Position numbers and translations under genes: made by a program
Origin: Tubulanus polymorphus
Taxonomy: Eukaryota; Animalia; Nemertea
Direction of reading: 5' to 3'
DNA length: 64,000 nt
Assembly (NCBI RefSeq): GCF_964204645.1
Contig: NC_134031.1
Coordinates: forward strand, 8,060,001-8,124,000
Shown: positions 28,972-42,694 of the stretch, piece by piece
How the letters are laid out: every line of letters begins with the position of its first letter
Position numbering within the stretch: the stretch's first letter is position 1
The notes under the pieces: generated by a model
The model's database searches: none
Seen by the model: the letters and a program-made list of their open reading frames with translations, nothing else
What the model was told of the DNA's origin: nothing

Positions 28972-29679
28972 CTGAAACGTGTTTCAAAATATATTAGTAC
29001 CCAATTGTGCTCTTGCCAAAATGAGTAAAAAATCAGATATCTCTGCTAAAGACTTCATCTGCCATGCCACAGTTGCTGCTTCCTAACAAATGCAGTATTG
29101 GGACTGCACGTCCCATACCAGTATTCATATAAATTCTTTTTTAATAACTTGGGAGTACAGATCCACCGCCCAGAATTCCATCCCCAAAACATCATCACTT
29201 TCCATTCATATTTCCGTCTTAATTATCAATCAAATTATTTGAAAAAAGTTTGTTTCTCCTATCATTGTATTCAATTATACACAATTTTCTCTTTTTATCT
29301 TTTTCTGCATTCCAAGATTTTAGGCAAAAAATGCTCAATTGATATAAAGAATGTTATTTCTTTCCTGTTCCCTTCCATTTTAGAACCCCTAATATGGAAA
29401 ATTGTTTTATTACTAATCTTTTCCATCCGCCCTTTAATCTGTAGAAAAATCTGATCTCAGTGGCATTGGGGAGAGAAGAAAAATCATGAGGTTAATTGAC
29501 TAGATATCAAAGAAAATAAAAAGGTAATATTTCACAGGTTTTTGGCACTCGAAGGGACTGAAACTGGAATTATGAACAATCGACAATTCAGACCTCAAAT
29601 CAGACAAAATTCTACGATCCTAAATTATCATGAGTTGAAATCACCATATTGCATCAAGCAGAAGTTGAATATCACTAAC

Positions 29680-29940
29680 CTGTGTATTTTGAGGTGAAGA
29701 ATTCTGACTATCTCGTGGACTATCTTCTCTGTATAGCCACGGGCCGTTATCTAGACAACGATGACTATCTTCACTCTGTCGTGGACTGTTGCGCGAACTA
29801 TCATGACGTTTTCGAGGACTCTCCTGGTCCATACGACGAGGACTCTCCTCACGATGTTTTTGAAATTCACAACTTGGTGGTTCAGGCAATGGCCGATTTA
29901 ATATATCTGGTAAATTACTGCGACTAGTGCTTGTTGTAGG
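29680..29940 (-). CDS. SH2D5: SH2D5-like exon 7, Ser-Pro-Arg-rich linker
   Basis: 261 bp, ttctag| ... cag|gttagt, phase 0; RPLPEPP and repeated SPR. Confidence 0.8.
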
Positions 29941-30502
29941 CTAGAACGACAATATAAATCGACAGTCACAACTAGAGTACTATTCTAAAAAGTTCATTTC
30001 ATATTATCAGTACCACCAGCAGTAAAAATTGGTATGAAACAACCTTGAAAATGTGTAACTTAGTAGGCCCTAAATTTGACATGTGCAACAATTCCCTATT
30101 CAATTTCATCAAGAAGTAGCGTGATGCATTTTTTCTACATTCAGTGCTGACATGGTTAGAAGCAAGACATAACATGTAAAGTAGACGTTGAAACTTAAGG
30201 ATTTATTTTCATCTAAGCATAAATAATACAAATATGGGCCTAGCATCTCCCCAAAAAACCAATCTATCATAGTAGGCCTACCTTACTTAAAAACTTAAAA
30301 TGACATGAAAACTAATCGGTACAAATTTCATCCGGGTAAAACAATTACCAAGGTAATTGAATTAAGTAGTACCCATAAAAATGACTATCAGTAACGGGAG
30401 CATATGAACCTAATAATGCTCCACTCAATACATATACACACTGCCCTCTGTGAATAAGGAACTGATTTAACAGTGCATGAAAATCACCAATGAATGAATT
30501 AC

Positions 30503-30799
30503 CTCAGATCCAGAACCTTTTCTCCGTGTGACTGGATAGACAGTGGAATCAGCATCGTTGGCTACGTCTGGTCGAGGACAATGACCATTCAAACGTGCTT
30601 CAGCCAATCGCTGCTGTATTTGTCCAGAAAGTTGACTATCTATACAATCTTTCAATGCCACAACTGGGGAACCGGACGTTCGGCGGATATCAAAGTCGTA
30701 ATTATGCCTGATCACTGTTGGTGGAGATGCACTCAGATCCGTATGGTCCAGTGGGGGATTACCTGATCTATGACGGGTTTTGTGAACAATTTGTTTAGC
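30503..30799 (-). CDS. SH2D5: SH2D5-like exon 6 (AKQIVHK...GSGSE)
   Basis: 297 bp open frame, tttacag| ... gag|gtaatt, phase 0. Confidence 0.8.
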
Positions 30800-30891
30800 C
30801 TGTAAAAAAACATACACATGTAGATAGAAAAGCACAAACAGATGAAAAGAACTGACTCAAACATTCTTTTTCTTGCATAATTGTAACTGAC

Positions 30892-31206
30892 CCATAGTTT
30901 ATTTTTGCCAACAATTCGTTCTTGTTCGCGTTTTTCAATTAATTCTCGTTCTAGCTCTTCGCTTTGTCGGCGCCTCAATTCTCGGCGAGCCTGAGCTTTT
31001 TCTGGCGTTGAAATCGTCGAAATTTGAGACAATCGTTTGTCCAATTCAACGCGTTCCTTTTCGAGTTCTTCGCGTTTCTTGTTTTTCTGTTCAGCTATTT
31101 GTTGTTGTATGACATCATTGAATGATGGCTGCTGCATTGTTGCGCGTTTTTGAGTTGCATATGCCATTTTGAATGAATTACCAACAAGAGTGTTCAATTC
31201 CTCAGC
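30892..31206 (-). CDS. SH2D5: SH2D5-like exon 5, end of PTB plus coiled coil
   Basis: 315 bp, ttttag| ... tgg|gtcagt; AEELNTLVGNSFKMAY closes the PTB fold. Confidence 0.85.
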
Positions 31207-31902
31207 CTAAAACAATTACAGTTAATAAAATAATGTTTATATTGCACTATCAAGGAATTCAAGATGGCTGTCCTGGCAACCAAATTTTATTACTGATAAC
31301 CTCGATTTTGAATAGGGGTGAAATATGGCCGCCAGGAAAGCCATCTTGAATTTCTTGTTACCACGATACAGCCAATAATTCTTAATGGATTTTCATGAAA
31401 TTTAGTAAGGTGGTTTAGGTAGGTGAGATGTGCGCCTCTATTGAAAGTCATCGGCCATTTTGGAGAATGAGTGCAGATTTTGCCGAACTAAAATGGCCGC
31501 TTGATTCTGACCGAGTCAATTTTTGGGCTGAATATGGGCCTAGAGGATAAACATGTATAAACCCAATATCAAGGCAATCCATTGAAGCGTCTTCAAAACT
31601 TCCCAAAATAACTGGATTCTGTCTACGGATGCACGGACGATAAATGAATGCAATAGACCACTGAGACTAAGGTACCAATTGGGCTAAAAAGGCCAATACG
31701 TAATGTTCATGAAATATGATTATAATTGACAGAATGCTTTATAATCCTTATCAGTGATCTTATAAACTCACTAGGCTATGCTTTGGAAAACCAGATGAAG
31801 ACCAATATTGTAGATTTTCATTTCACAAATTCAAAAATAATCCATAGGCCTATATAAACAATTATTTCTAAATTGTAGCTGAAGATTGATTTGTACCCTT
31901 AC

Positions 31903-32049
31903 CTCTTCAGGAGTTGAAGTGATGAATGCATGGCAGTATTGCACGTTCATCTGGCCCTTAGGTTCTCGGGCTAAAAATGAAAACTGGCAAAACTCCGGAT
32001 CACATGTCGCATAAGAAATGCGCTTCATCGCATGGGCCATGTACACACT
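31903..32049 (-). CDS. SH2D5: SH2D5-like exon 4, PTB core (SVYMAHAMKRISYATCDPEFCQFSFLAREP...YCHAF)
   Basis: 147 bp, tttcag| ... |gtaagg; close to SH2D5 [27 protein letters not shown]...FCHLF. Confidence 0.9.
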
Positions 32050-33044
32050 CTGAAAATCAAAATTTTACATTAAAGTTACAGCTTGTCAACTGCATAAGAG
32101 TGATGAGGGCTTCAGTAACTCTATGAACACAGAAAGAATTTCAAAATTTGTTTCATTCAATGTTTAGCGACAATATTTTTTCAAGGACTACATATAGTTT
32201 TTTTAGATTTTTTTCCTTGCAACTTGAATTACCTAGTTGAAATTCAACAAACATCTTCCCCATAAAAAGGATACCTAGAAAATGCACTGTTCATGATATC
32301 TTGGTGAATTAAATCTGTGAGTGACCAGCTGAAATCTAAGCCGCCACGTTGCCAGAATGTTTTGAGTTAATATGAATAAGTTCATAATGCAAAATTTGTA
32401 ATCAATTTAGCTAGTGCTGAAAAACCTAATGGGAATTATGATCAAGTTTCTACAGAAATGCAGAATTGAGTAACATTCATAATTGAAGGAAATAAATATC
32501 CTGTAAATTTGGGAGGGATCGGTAATGAACTAATGGAAAGATGAAATTTTTTTGAGTCATAATCTGATTGTTGTATCGGACGGGGTTGGACTAGTTTCGA
32601 AATCTATCATACGATCATCTCCAACTGAAAGCACACACCAGCTGATGAGATGACAAAAGCAGAAAAAAGTTTTTGAGACCCTCATCACTAAGGTGTATAC
32701 TAGGCTTTCTATGAATTTGCCGAATATTTCCCGGATTAGAGGAAAATCTGTTCAATCCCCTAATATTTCCAACCGTGAAATCATTTTAAAATTCCCAAGT
32801 TATTCCCGATTTCCTAGTACTGCGGGAACCATGTAAAGCATACAGCTGATGACATCATCAATTCGACGATGGCATAAGCTCGCTAGACGTGAGTCGAAAA
32901 CACAATCACCTGACTCCAGAGACCAAAAATAACTTCCGTTGCAAACTACTATCAAAATGCCATTGATGTAGAACTAAGGGTCCAGAGAGATCCACTTAGG
33001 AACTGGTGGAATGCGTGCCATTCAGACAATATTTCTTATATCTA

Positions 33045-33625
33045 AGGCTGGCTTATGTCGACAAGCGACGCGACGCCTACCGACACAACTGGGTTTATCG
33101 CTGATTAGCGGCAACTGGCGGCCTACGAGAGGCCGCCAGTTGCCGATCACAACTGACATAAGCTCATCTGCGGCGCAGCAGAACTGAGCGCAGGGGTTCC
33201 AGCCAATAAGAGACCGTATATACATAGTACAAATTATCACCGCTAGTTAACGTCATTCGTTATTAGTCATAAACTTTCAAATTCAAGTATTTCAAAACGT
33301 AAACCAAACCCATAAGCACGGCAGAGGACTGCACCGAAGATCTAGAAATGAAAGAAATAGCTTTTCTAATAGAAATATATTTCCTAATAATTCAAATTTA
33401 TCCACAAAATGCTTATCAGGTGGCCATTTGAGCCATTGTAGTTGCTGGTAATCGCAACCGACATAAGCAGGGAAGCAACTGGGAGGATCTCGTAACCCGC
33501 TAGTCGGCCTCAGTTGCTGCGAACCGGAGCGCAGTCGACAAAAGCAGGGCTGCGAAAGCGGTTGCTCTCAGTTGCGTCGGTAGGAGTTGGTAGGCGTTGC
33601 GTTGCTTGTCGAAATTAGCCAGCCT
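33045..33625. mobile_element. Second, shorter copy of the same MITE family in opposite orientation
   Basis: Same TIRs; interior is the reverse complement of 8283-9192; flanks CTA/TAA. Confidence 0.88.
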
Positions 33626-35731
33626 TAACACCCTAAGGTAACACAAACACAGTATCAATGAGGAAGGTTTGGCTCAGAAGTAACTGTTTGGGTTTTGATC
33701 CAGGACTGGCGATGAACTAGGAAAAGTATTTATAGATACAGTGCATAAAGAAATTTTCTTTTAAAGACCGCATAGGGCCCTATGAATAAGTTGTGTGATG
33801 TGGTGCTTTGCATTTCCCTGAAAGATCTGGACACGAAAATCAAATAGCAAGGTGCGTCAAACACCAGGATCCAGTAGCACAGTTACTAGTTAAATATGAA
33901 TGTAGAGCTGAAAACCATTTTCAACTCATGGTCAAATCTCCACAAATATGTAACTGAGTCCAGGTTTGTTTGAATTGTTGAATTTTAGAAATTTCTCTTA
34001 TGTTCAAGGGTTGTCGTCATGATATTCTTTCAATCTTACCTTCAGCTACAGAAATTTAGCAACTGCATTTTATTACAGTTGACGCAGAGGTAGGTAATTT
34101 CATATTGGCACTTAAGTGTTTTTTATTAACTTTACTGGCAGATATATTCCCCTAGGCATGCGTTGCTTTCTATTTGGAGCCTGTTGATAGACAGTTATAT
34201 TGGAAATTTGAATTTTTAAAGTGAAATTACTTTCGTGCAATTAATTTCTGTCACAAGACTAATGCATGAAGGCTTGTTTTATATATCTAGTTGTTATGCC
34301 AGGTTCCCTTACGTTGGAATGAAATAGCTTTTTCTTAATTTTTTACAGCTGGATGAACATAATTGATGTGAATGATCTAACAATTTCGAATGGCTTAGTG
34401 GTACTGACTCATCAATCATTTCATATTGCAGGGGCTTGTAGTCTATGGACCCATAATCGGTCATTTCAACTTACTCCTTAGGAGATCCTGATGAAACTGA
34501 TCCTAACCCAGACGACCTAAGGGGCCATCTATTCCTATTATTCTCATTCAGCATGGTTTTATAAATCGACAATGACTGCTGAATGAAATAACAGCCTTAT
34601 CGAACAGGATATATGAATTGCCTTTATGAATTTTTGATTAAATATATATGATATGGTATGGCATTTCTATCAGTCACAAACAATGAATCTTTGATTTATC
34701 AACAAATTATCTCATCAGGATAGGCTGCTGATTTAATTCATATCAATAAGACAGGCACGACTATTGTCAATCATAGACAGAATTCATCTGTCATGAAGCT
34801 TATCTATATGTAGACTACAAGTGTGTCTATTCACTTTATTGTCAGTATTTGAAAATAAGAACCTAAAGCCTGGGGCACTACGACCATACATACTAACAAG
34901 AACTAAATTTCTTAACATCGGCTTTTGCAGTGCACACCTGCATGAGGGAGATGAATATCAGCCTTAAGAATTGGTTGGCCTCGCTTTTTTAATGGACTAA
35001 GTAGTATGCTTTACAATGCAACCAATATCTTTAGCCGAAATAACATAAGAGGTCCATTGATATGAGCCATTGCTGAGAAAACCAAAAGCTCCAGACCATA
35101 TGGGAAAATGAACTAGAGTCTCACAGGCTAGGGAACTTCTTAGTTGAAGTTATCAAGTACTGCATAATTGTCTGCTTTTTCATTAAAAATATAACGAATA
35201 TACATGAAATAATTTAGAATTCAACATTACAATGAAGATTTTTTAATGTTTTGCTGAACAAACATTTTATTTGTTGTTTTGTTCGTTGAAGACACCACAA
35301 TTTGATGATTTGCTTCCGAAGGTCTAAATCATGAAAGGGAAGAGGCTGATTTGCAATTTGCAATATGATTTTTATTTTGCCACACGGACAGTTACTGAAT
35401 TGATTTTCATATATGATTAAATCGAATCAAATTCAATTTAAATTTGTGAAAGCACCAATAGATTTGATCAATTCACGCATAGTTTTCTCTTAATTCTATT
35501 CAAATTATGGTACCAAATAGGTAAGATTATAATAAATTCAAATGTTGATTTACATTTGTGTAACATCAGTGTCTTGATTGTTTATAGGTATTAGGCATAC
35601 AACAACTGAATCTTCAATTGATTAAATTTCAGCAACAAGTGATATAACTAAAGATGGAAGAATAACTAATGCCAGACCTATACTGATCCTTCAAAATCTC
35701 AGCAGTAATTGCTTCACAACAGTTGTCTTAC

Positions 35732-35806
35732 CTCTCCTTTACTACTACAAACTTTGATCCCAGACAATGATATCACAAGTAAAATAGGTTTACTTTTTGG
35801 TACACT
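35732..35806 (-). CDS. SH2D5: SH2D5-like exon 3 (SVPKSKPILLVISLSGIKVCSSKGE)
   Basis: 75 bp, ttgtag| ... |gtaaga, phase 0; PTB motif SLxGIK..xGE. Confidence 0.85.
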
Positions 35807-37312
35807 CTACAATATAAAGAACAGGTTCATAAATACATTTTCAGAATATTCAAGTTTTGTCAGGGACTAAAGACACTTCATTGGTCAGGGTCACATATTA
35901 CCATAATTCAGAGGCAGACCAACATTTAATATACACTGGGGGGTTTTTCTAAGAATGATTTTTAGGGACATTTTGATAAAAGGCAGGGACACAATTGCAA
36001 ACTAGGTATCCAAGAACACAATACAGACTTGGTGAAATGCTCGACAATTTCAATCTTCAATGCCCCTTGGAGAACAAATACAGTAACAAATGAGCTTGAG
36101 GTTAATCACAAATCATAGAAATTGTCATGAACTAGAATTTTGTTATCGATTGTGGTCACAAAATATGCATAGGTAGAAATATATATGAAATACCATATTT
36201 TCATTATTCAATGCCCCCTAATGAACATATACAGACACCAATGACCTAGAAACTCACCATAATCATTGAGCATTTCACAAGCTTAATTCTGCAATTGATT
36301 GTGGTTACAAAATATGCCAAGTTTGCTACAGTTGGAGAATTTGACGTGTTTCAAATACAGTGGGCCCGGGGACGAATTCCGGCGAAATCAGGAATCCTGA
36401 TTTCGACTACCATGAAGATAGTTGACAGCGCTCTGCATAAGCATTCTTTAAAGAGTCAATGTTCTCGCTGGTTCGAAATTAAAGCATGGCGGCACGAGCG
36501 CCTAAGGCGCCAGCCCATATCAGGAACGGGGGTACTCCCCTGGAAAAACTTAATATCTATAGGTGCTTAGATACGTTTTCCCAGCATTCGGGGGCCATAA
36601 TTAACTAGTTTAAATTCGGTAATTTTCATGTAGCAGCCATTGTCGGTAGTTAGGCTACTTCGAGGCACTTTTCTGCCATATATTGGTAGGCTTAGGCCTA
36701 CGTGCATTAAATAGTTCCATGTTCTCATATCTGTCAATATAATTCAATTTCATCATTAACAGTTTAGAGGAAGCATTTATAAATTTCGATTTGCAAAATA
36801 TTTTGGTGACTTTGATAAGTTATGATGATAAAATTTTTTGTCTCATAGGAAAATTGATGCGGTGTGACCTTTATTGGCATTGATTTCTTTTATTTTTAAC
36901 GCACGGGGAAATCCCTGGATATTTATAGGCCCTACCACGGCAGTTCAGTAGACAATTATTGACGTATAGAGGCTTTACTAAGTAACAATGAGAATGTGTT
37001 TATACAATTATTGATGCACCAGTAATAAAATTGAGCATGTGAACCTGACAGTCTTAGAAAGCCAGATAAGTAAATAAACTCCCAATCATTTTTTTAAGCA
37101 TGGCAGAATTTTTTTAAGCATGGCTATCTTTTATTTGCGTGGCGGTAAAGTGCCCCTCAGCGAGAACACTGCGAGTAATTCCATAGGCCTAATGACAAAA
37201 GACATAGGGACCTAAGCTAAGACTAGGCCTGACTTATCTTTAATAAGCCCAAGCTCAATCTAATTAGAATTGAATACATCGATGTTGCCCCACTATTTTA
37301 TCGTTAACTTAC

Positions 37313-37393
37313 CCTCATTTCCTGAAGTTGTTGTCTCACAAATTCTGTTCTCGCATTCTGGTCTGGTCCCATAACCATAAATGATCCAATGTA
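37313..37393 (-). CDS. SH2D5: SH2D5-like exon 2, start of PTB domain (YIGSFMVMGPDQNARTEFVRQQLQEMR)
   Basis: 81 bp, acceptor tttgaag|, donor |gtaagt; resembles SH2D5 YVGSF...VQQQL. Confidence 0.85.
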
Positions 37394-38620
37394 CTTCAAA
37401 GAAAGTAATATCAAAACAACATTAAATGAGGGTAATAAAAGGGAAAGAAATTTCTCATTAGGACAAATATCCAACAGCACATCGTAATCGATTTTCCATG
37501 GTGGTTCTCTATCCCTACTGATATCCTCTCTAATTCGCCAGCATAGATCATATCAACTAAGAATAAACTTTACTAGATTTTTTTTTATAACAAGTGATTT
37601 TTGAGGATAACATCAAGTTGAGGAAACCACAATAATCTACTCCGGTAAAATCACTTTTAATTGAGAACAAAACCTTTAATGACTATTAAATTACTTTTCC
37701 AGACATTTAGAGAACAATCCCAAATCATTTTTCTGGAATTCCAACCCCATCCCTGTCGATAAGTAGATGTCTTCGCGGTTTCAGAAGTTGATAAACAATC
37801 CCACAATTGATGACACGATTTTAATGAGATTAAAGTGAATCTCATATCATCAAAGAAACAAAAATGAAAAATACATATTTCTGGAAATACTGTTTATCAT
37901 TATCATTTTTCATTACGATTTCTCTGATGATGAGATTAATCTTGAAACGTAAGAATGAATTAATCGTTAATCAATACACCCAGTCCTTACGCATGAATCA
38001 CTTTTCAAAAGATTGCCATTTAGGCTAACGACAAAATCGGAACATACAGCATCAACTGAATCACAGTGTAGTGGATGCACAGGCCCGGCGGAAACAATTT
38101 GATTTGGTCCAACTTTAAGTTAAGGTGGAATTCATCAATGCGAGTGTGAAGCAACACGAAAGGCATGGGGTCCTCCCAAGATATTCAGATTTCATTTTTG
38201 TTAATAATCAGTTGGTCTGTGTAAATCATACATCAATAGGATTTTGCATTCAGAAAAAAAAACCATGAATTCACATCAACTTGTTATTGTTTTCATCTAT
38301 CAGCGATCGTCTACCTAGAATACGCTTGCGTAAAGCTTAAAAATGGCCTCCGTAGCCGTAATGTGGCACCACCTAGGCCTAGGCCTGTGATATATGTTAA
38401 CGAACAGGTAATGACATTACAGCAACATCTCCGAGCAGAGTGATTTTTTCAGCGTATGCTGAGTATACTATCGCTGATTCATGAAAACATAAACAACTTT
38501 CCAGAAAATCGTTTTTTATGTCTAAAATGCAAAAAATCCTTACTGCACATATTCATGCATAATAAAGGTGGATCGACTGATCAAAAATATGCTGTGGCTA
38601 CTCGTAGGAACCCTACGGAT

Positions 38621-38990
38621 TACTCCGGAGGCTATTCGTACGAAACTAGGGACTGTACACTAATAACTGTCGCCGATTGGCTGATTAACGCCGCGCATGC
38701 ACACAAATGTGCGCGACATAGAGAAATCAAGGAAAGTGTGGAGAATAGAGTTAGAGAAAAATATAGTGGATCAAGCGAGACTCGAACCCGGGCCAGTAAA
38801 TATCTAGCGCAGCATCATATCACTAGACCACCGAGCTCGCTGACAGTCAGCCGAATGTTTTAACTAGATGTAGCCTCACCTTACCCTAACCCTACCCCTT
38901 CCTGTATGAATAATTCCAGAGCAATCTGTACGGGTGCGTACGAATAGCCTCCGGAATTATTTGTATATGTCCGTATGAATAGCCTCTTCG
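38621..38990. mobile_element. Helentron/HINE-like element containing a tRNA-derived segment
   Basis: Inverted subterminal repeat tccggaggctattcgtacg / cgtacgaatagcctccgga; ccctaaccct motif. Confidence 0.5.
38768..38840 (-). pseudogene. tRNA-derived sequence with Pol III A and B boxes
   Basis: TGGTCTAGTG...GGTTCGAGTC; anticodon and acceptor stems do not pair. Confidence 0.6.
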
Positions 38991-39178
38991 TTAAAAATAA
39001 TGGAACGAAACATCGCACGAAGAGCATGTGTGACAGACAGTAAACCTTAACCTCATGCTGGTTGCGAGGGCGGCAATGAAATAATTGATCATTGATTTTC
39101 AGTTGCTTTTGAGGCACTTCTTGATCAAGTAGGCCTCGACCTAATTATACTGAATCAGTAACAACCTGAAGTACGTAC

Positions 39179-39535
39179 TGACGCTTTCCGAACTGATGAA
39201 AATTCAGTATCTTTCGTTTGTACGATCCTCGACGGTGCCATACATGTCCCATCTGGTAACTCGTCAGGTTTGAAGCGGCCATCCGCATATGACCGAAAAC
39301 CAGGCGTCGTAGTCCGCATCACATCCTGCCGATCGGTTTCTGATGACAAAGTTGGGTCAATATATTTCATACTGTTCAGATTATGGTAAGATGAAGGAGG
39401 GCCTCCTCCGCCGGCTCCCGTCAGTGTCATCAAATGCGGAGGTGGAATGAAATTTTGGAAACCGTTTTCTCCATCTTGATCTTGATCATCTCGAGGGATG
39501 CTGCCCGACCTAGCATTATTTTTCGTAACGTACAT
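39179..39535 (-). CDS. SH2D5: SH2D5-like PTB adaptor gene, first coding exon (MYVTKNN...SSVRKAS)
   Basis: ATG ORF ending at a phase-0 donor tca|gtacgt; splices in frame to YIGSF, matching the SH2D5 junction TKFAQ|YVGSF. Confidence 0.65.
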
Positions 39536-40734
39536 TCTACACCGGCAGACGTGAAATCAATATCCCGTAACCCTACACAATTCGGCTAAACCACCGCTCC
39601 TAACGGCATCATTGTTTCCGTGAAACCATATCGTTGTTGTTAGTGTTGTTATTGTTCGCCATGATTGAAAAATACACGTGAGATCATTTCCTGTATGGTT
39701 TTAGAATTTACCGTTACAAAACAGTGGCAGCACATTACGGTGGCTTATTTCCAAGTCGCATTTTATCATTCGTTGTCCGTCCCTTGTATTCGAAAGGCAA
39801 TTTTTTTTTGCTGAAGTCCCAAATGATTATAATTTTGAATATATCTTGATTGATCTCTTTGCACATTCACCTAAAGATTTTGCAGTAACTGTGTTATTTC
39901 TGTTTATTCATCTAAACAAGTTTATTTTGTTATTGAATTCGTAAATTTTCTACAGTGTTAAGCTTATATAACATCCATAAATTTTGTGTTATTTTTTATC
40001 CCTCTAATACCTGTAATGGGTTTAAGTGTAAAATACGTTACACGTTACAACATTATACTTCATGTTATGGGTTTACCCTTCAGATTAAGGTTGATCCTTC
40101 ACGTCATGGCATTATCCTTCACCTTATGAGATTATACGTACTTCACGTTATGGGTTAATCCTTCACGTGATGACTTTAGCGTCTGTTTGGCGGGGATGGC
40201 CGCCCATAGTCATCTGTCTCAAATCGCGAAATCGTTTCAGTCTGAATGCCTGTGTTCGCTCAGGCGCGGCGGTGCAGTAAACTTGAATAAAGATGAGCAG
40301 TTCATTTGCGCGGCGTTTGTTCAAATTTTGCCGACAGTTTGTCCGCTCAGCTTGACACGGTTATTGATTCTATTTACTGTACTAATTTGTTTAGTTATTT
40401 ACATGATCATAATTTTTTTTCTTTGCTTGTGTTCTTGTTATTTGTACGAATAATCCTGTGTAGTGGCAGTTGCCATCCGTGCTTTATATTCATTTGCTTA
40501 TATTTTGTGTTTTTGGCTTAGCCGTGCGTAACACGCTTTATTCGCGTACGTTGTTTTTGTGTTGTGAAATTTGACATCCGATTATTTTCGTGGTAATTGG
40601 GCCCGAGATTGGTGTCCTACCAACGATTCTGGTGAATTTTGGAATGTGAGCGTGTTTTGTTTGCATGTTTGTTTCTTATATGCATATGCAGGCGTACGTA
40701 GTCATAATCATTGCGTGTGTGATTTTTCGATAAC

Positions 40735-41142
40735 ATGACATCGTTGTGCGATAGAGTAGCGTATGTTTGTACTATCGGCGCCTCAAAAATTATAACTGAG
40801 GATTTCCTTATTAAGGCATTCGAACCGTACTCGGTACAAAACATTTGTAGTTTTAGCCATGGGTTTTATTTGTTATTTGCATCCAGTGATGAGCTCTCTT
40901 CAGCTGTATATAAATTCAATCAGCAATCGCATGCTTCGGGTAGTTGTCTGAAAGGTGAAATCATGACTAAAGAAAATGAACGGTTATTGCTGACAGTTTT
41001 TAGCCTTCCTTCGGAGGAGACCCAAAAAGCTAAAAAAATTGAGGACTGTGACGATCTCGATAATTTGTATCACAGTTATGGTAACCTGGACGATAAACAA
41101 CAGCATTTTAGTATGGGAGATGACTGTCAAAAAGATGGCTAG
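40735..41142 (+). pseudogene. RRM-like ORF fragment, possibly retroelement gag/ORF1 N-terminus
   Basis: ITEDFLIKAFEPYSVQNI...FYLLF.S.DE...AV pattern; degenerates and stops shortly before the Academ. Confidence 0.3.
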
Positions 41143-42529
41143 AAAATAGATTTTGTTCAATCGGCGAGCCATACGGACTTTCTTGGTACCGATGGAAGGA
41201 CAACATCTTGGGGCTTCGGACGCTGGGTGTTGTCACCCTGACAACAGGTGCAGTGTTGCAATAATCGGTTGTCAAGGTGACGACGGTGCTTTTCTTTTTT
41301 CGTTTAACCTTATTTCTGAGCATCAACAAAATAAGCAATAACTGGTAAACTATGATATGTAGCCTTAAAATTTCAAAATAAAATATTATTGCAGATAACT
41401 GTCAACCATTATCTATGAAATATAAATACTTCATATAGGTATTTACCTCTGAACTTAGCGGTTCTTTCCATAATTTGCGTTTTCTCCATGGTTCAGTGAG
41501 ATTGATTATTCCTACAAAATTAACTCAAAATACAGGATAACTTTGCATGGATTAAATGATAGTCTATGATAACAGCTTCATGTCCATTGTTGGTAATAGA
41601 TGAAAATAGTCGTTTCCATGGTTACATAGACAACAATAGATGATAAGATGCATCACTGGAAATGCAATTTTTTACCATGTCTCTGCAACCAATCGAGGTA
41701 GGACTAAAATTTTTGTGTCTATTCCTATGTTTTTGAGGGCGACCTGTCATTTAAAATAAGATTTGCTGACATCGGACTGCAATTAAGTATCAAAACTAAG
41801 ATCGCCATGTGTTCATGTCAGTATATTATCATTAAGATACCTGAACTTTCAATGATTTATCCAGAAGAGCTGTGTAATAAATTATTCAGTAATAATAAGT
41901 AATTTTACATCATGTATTTGTAAATATTTCATGTTACTTATAGTTATTTTATTTTATCTACATGTAAACTAAACATCATTTTACGATTCGTCATCAGTAT
42001 CAGTATCCCGTTTTGGCGATTGTCTGTTTTTACAGTTTTTATTGGAGCCGCGTGCATCAATACACAACATGTTATTCCTAGAACAAGTGCATCGACCACT
42101 ATCACAGTTTGCCTTGCAGCCACATTCTAATAGCTCAGTTAAACACTTTGGAGCTGAGTCTTTTGCACCAAATTTCACAGTTAGTTTATTATCATGATCC
42201 AGTTTCCAGCCATTTCCAACAGGGTTTGGTATCTGAGGAATAGGTATCAATGAACTCCTCCAAATGAATGCTTGATAGTTAGCTCTTTGCAAATGCTGCA
42301 TAAAACTGTCGTTTGTCGGGGGAAGATTATTACAGCCATTCCAGTAATAAGGAAAGTGGGCTTTCATACCAGAGGTCGAGAGGTCGAGACACCACTCATC
42401 ACAGAAAGTATCAGCGAATTAAGAAATAAAAATAAGTTTAGAAAAATTAAATTTTTTTTGTTTTTTTCCAAAAATAAACACACTTTTTAATATGAAAGCG
42501 CTAATAAAATGATAAAATTGTTCAATATT

Positions 42530-42694
42530 AAAAGTGTGAGTAAAGTGTGAGTAAAATAATTTAGATTTTCAATGTTAAAAGTGTGAGTAAAGTGTGAGTA
42601 AAATAATTTAGATTTTCAATGTTAAAAGTGTGAGTAAAGTGTGAGTAAAATAATTTAGATTTTCAATGTTAAAAGTGTGAGTAAAGTGTGAGTA
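42530..42694 (+). repeat. 47-bp tandem repeat in the left TIR (~3.5 copies; ~2.5 inverted copies at ~48425-48543)
   Basis: aaaagtgtgagtaaagtgtgagtaaaataatttagattttcaatgtt. Confidence 0.9.

Noticed and set aside
29682-29927. Plus-strand Asp/Tyr-rich ORF
   Set aside because: Antisense shadow of SH2D5-like exon 7.
38768-38840. Functional tRNA gene
   Set aside because: The cloverleaf does not close; only the A and B boxes remain.
42330-42367. N-terminus MKAHFPYYW of ORF 41981-42367
   Set aside because: Comes from the inserted TIR; the true frame continues from 48729.
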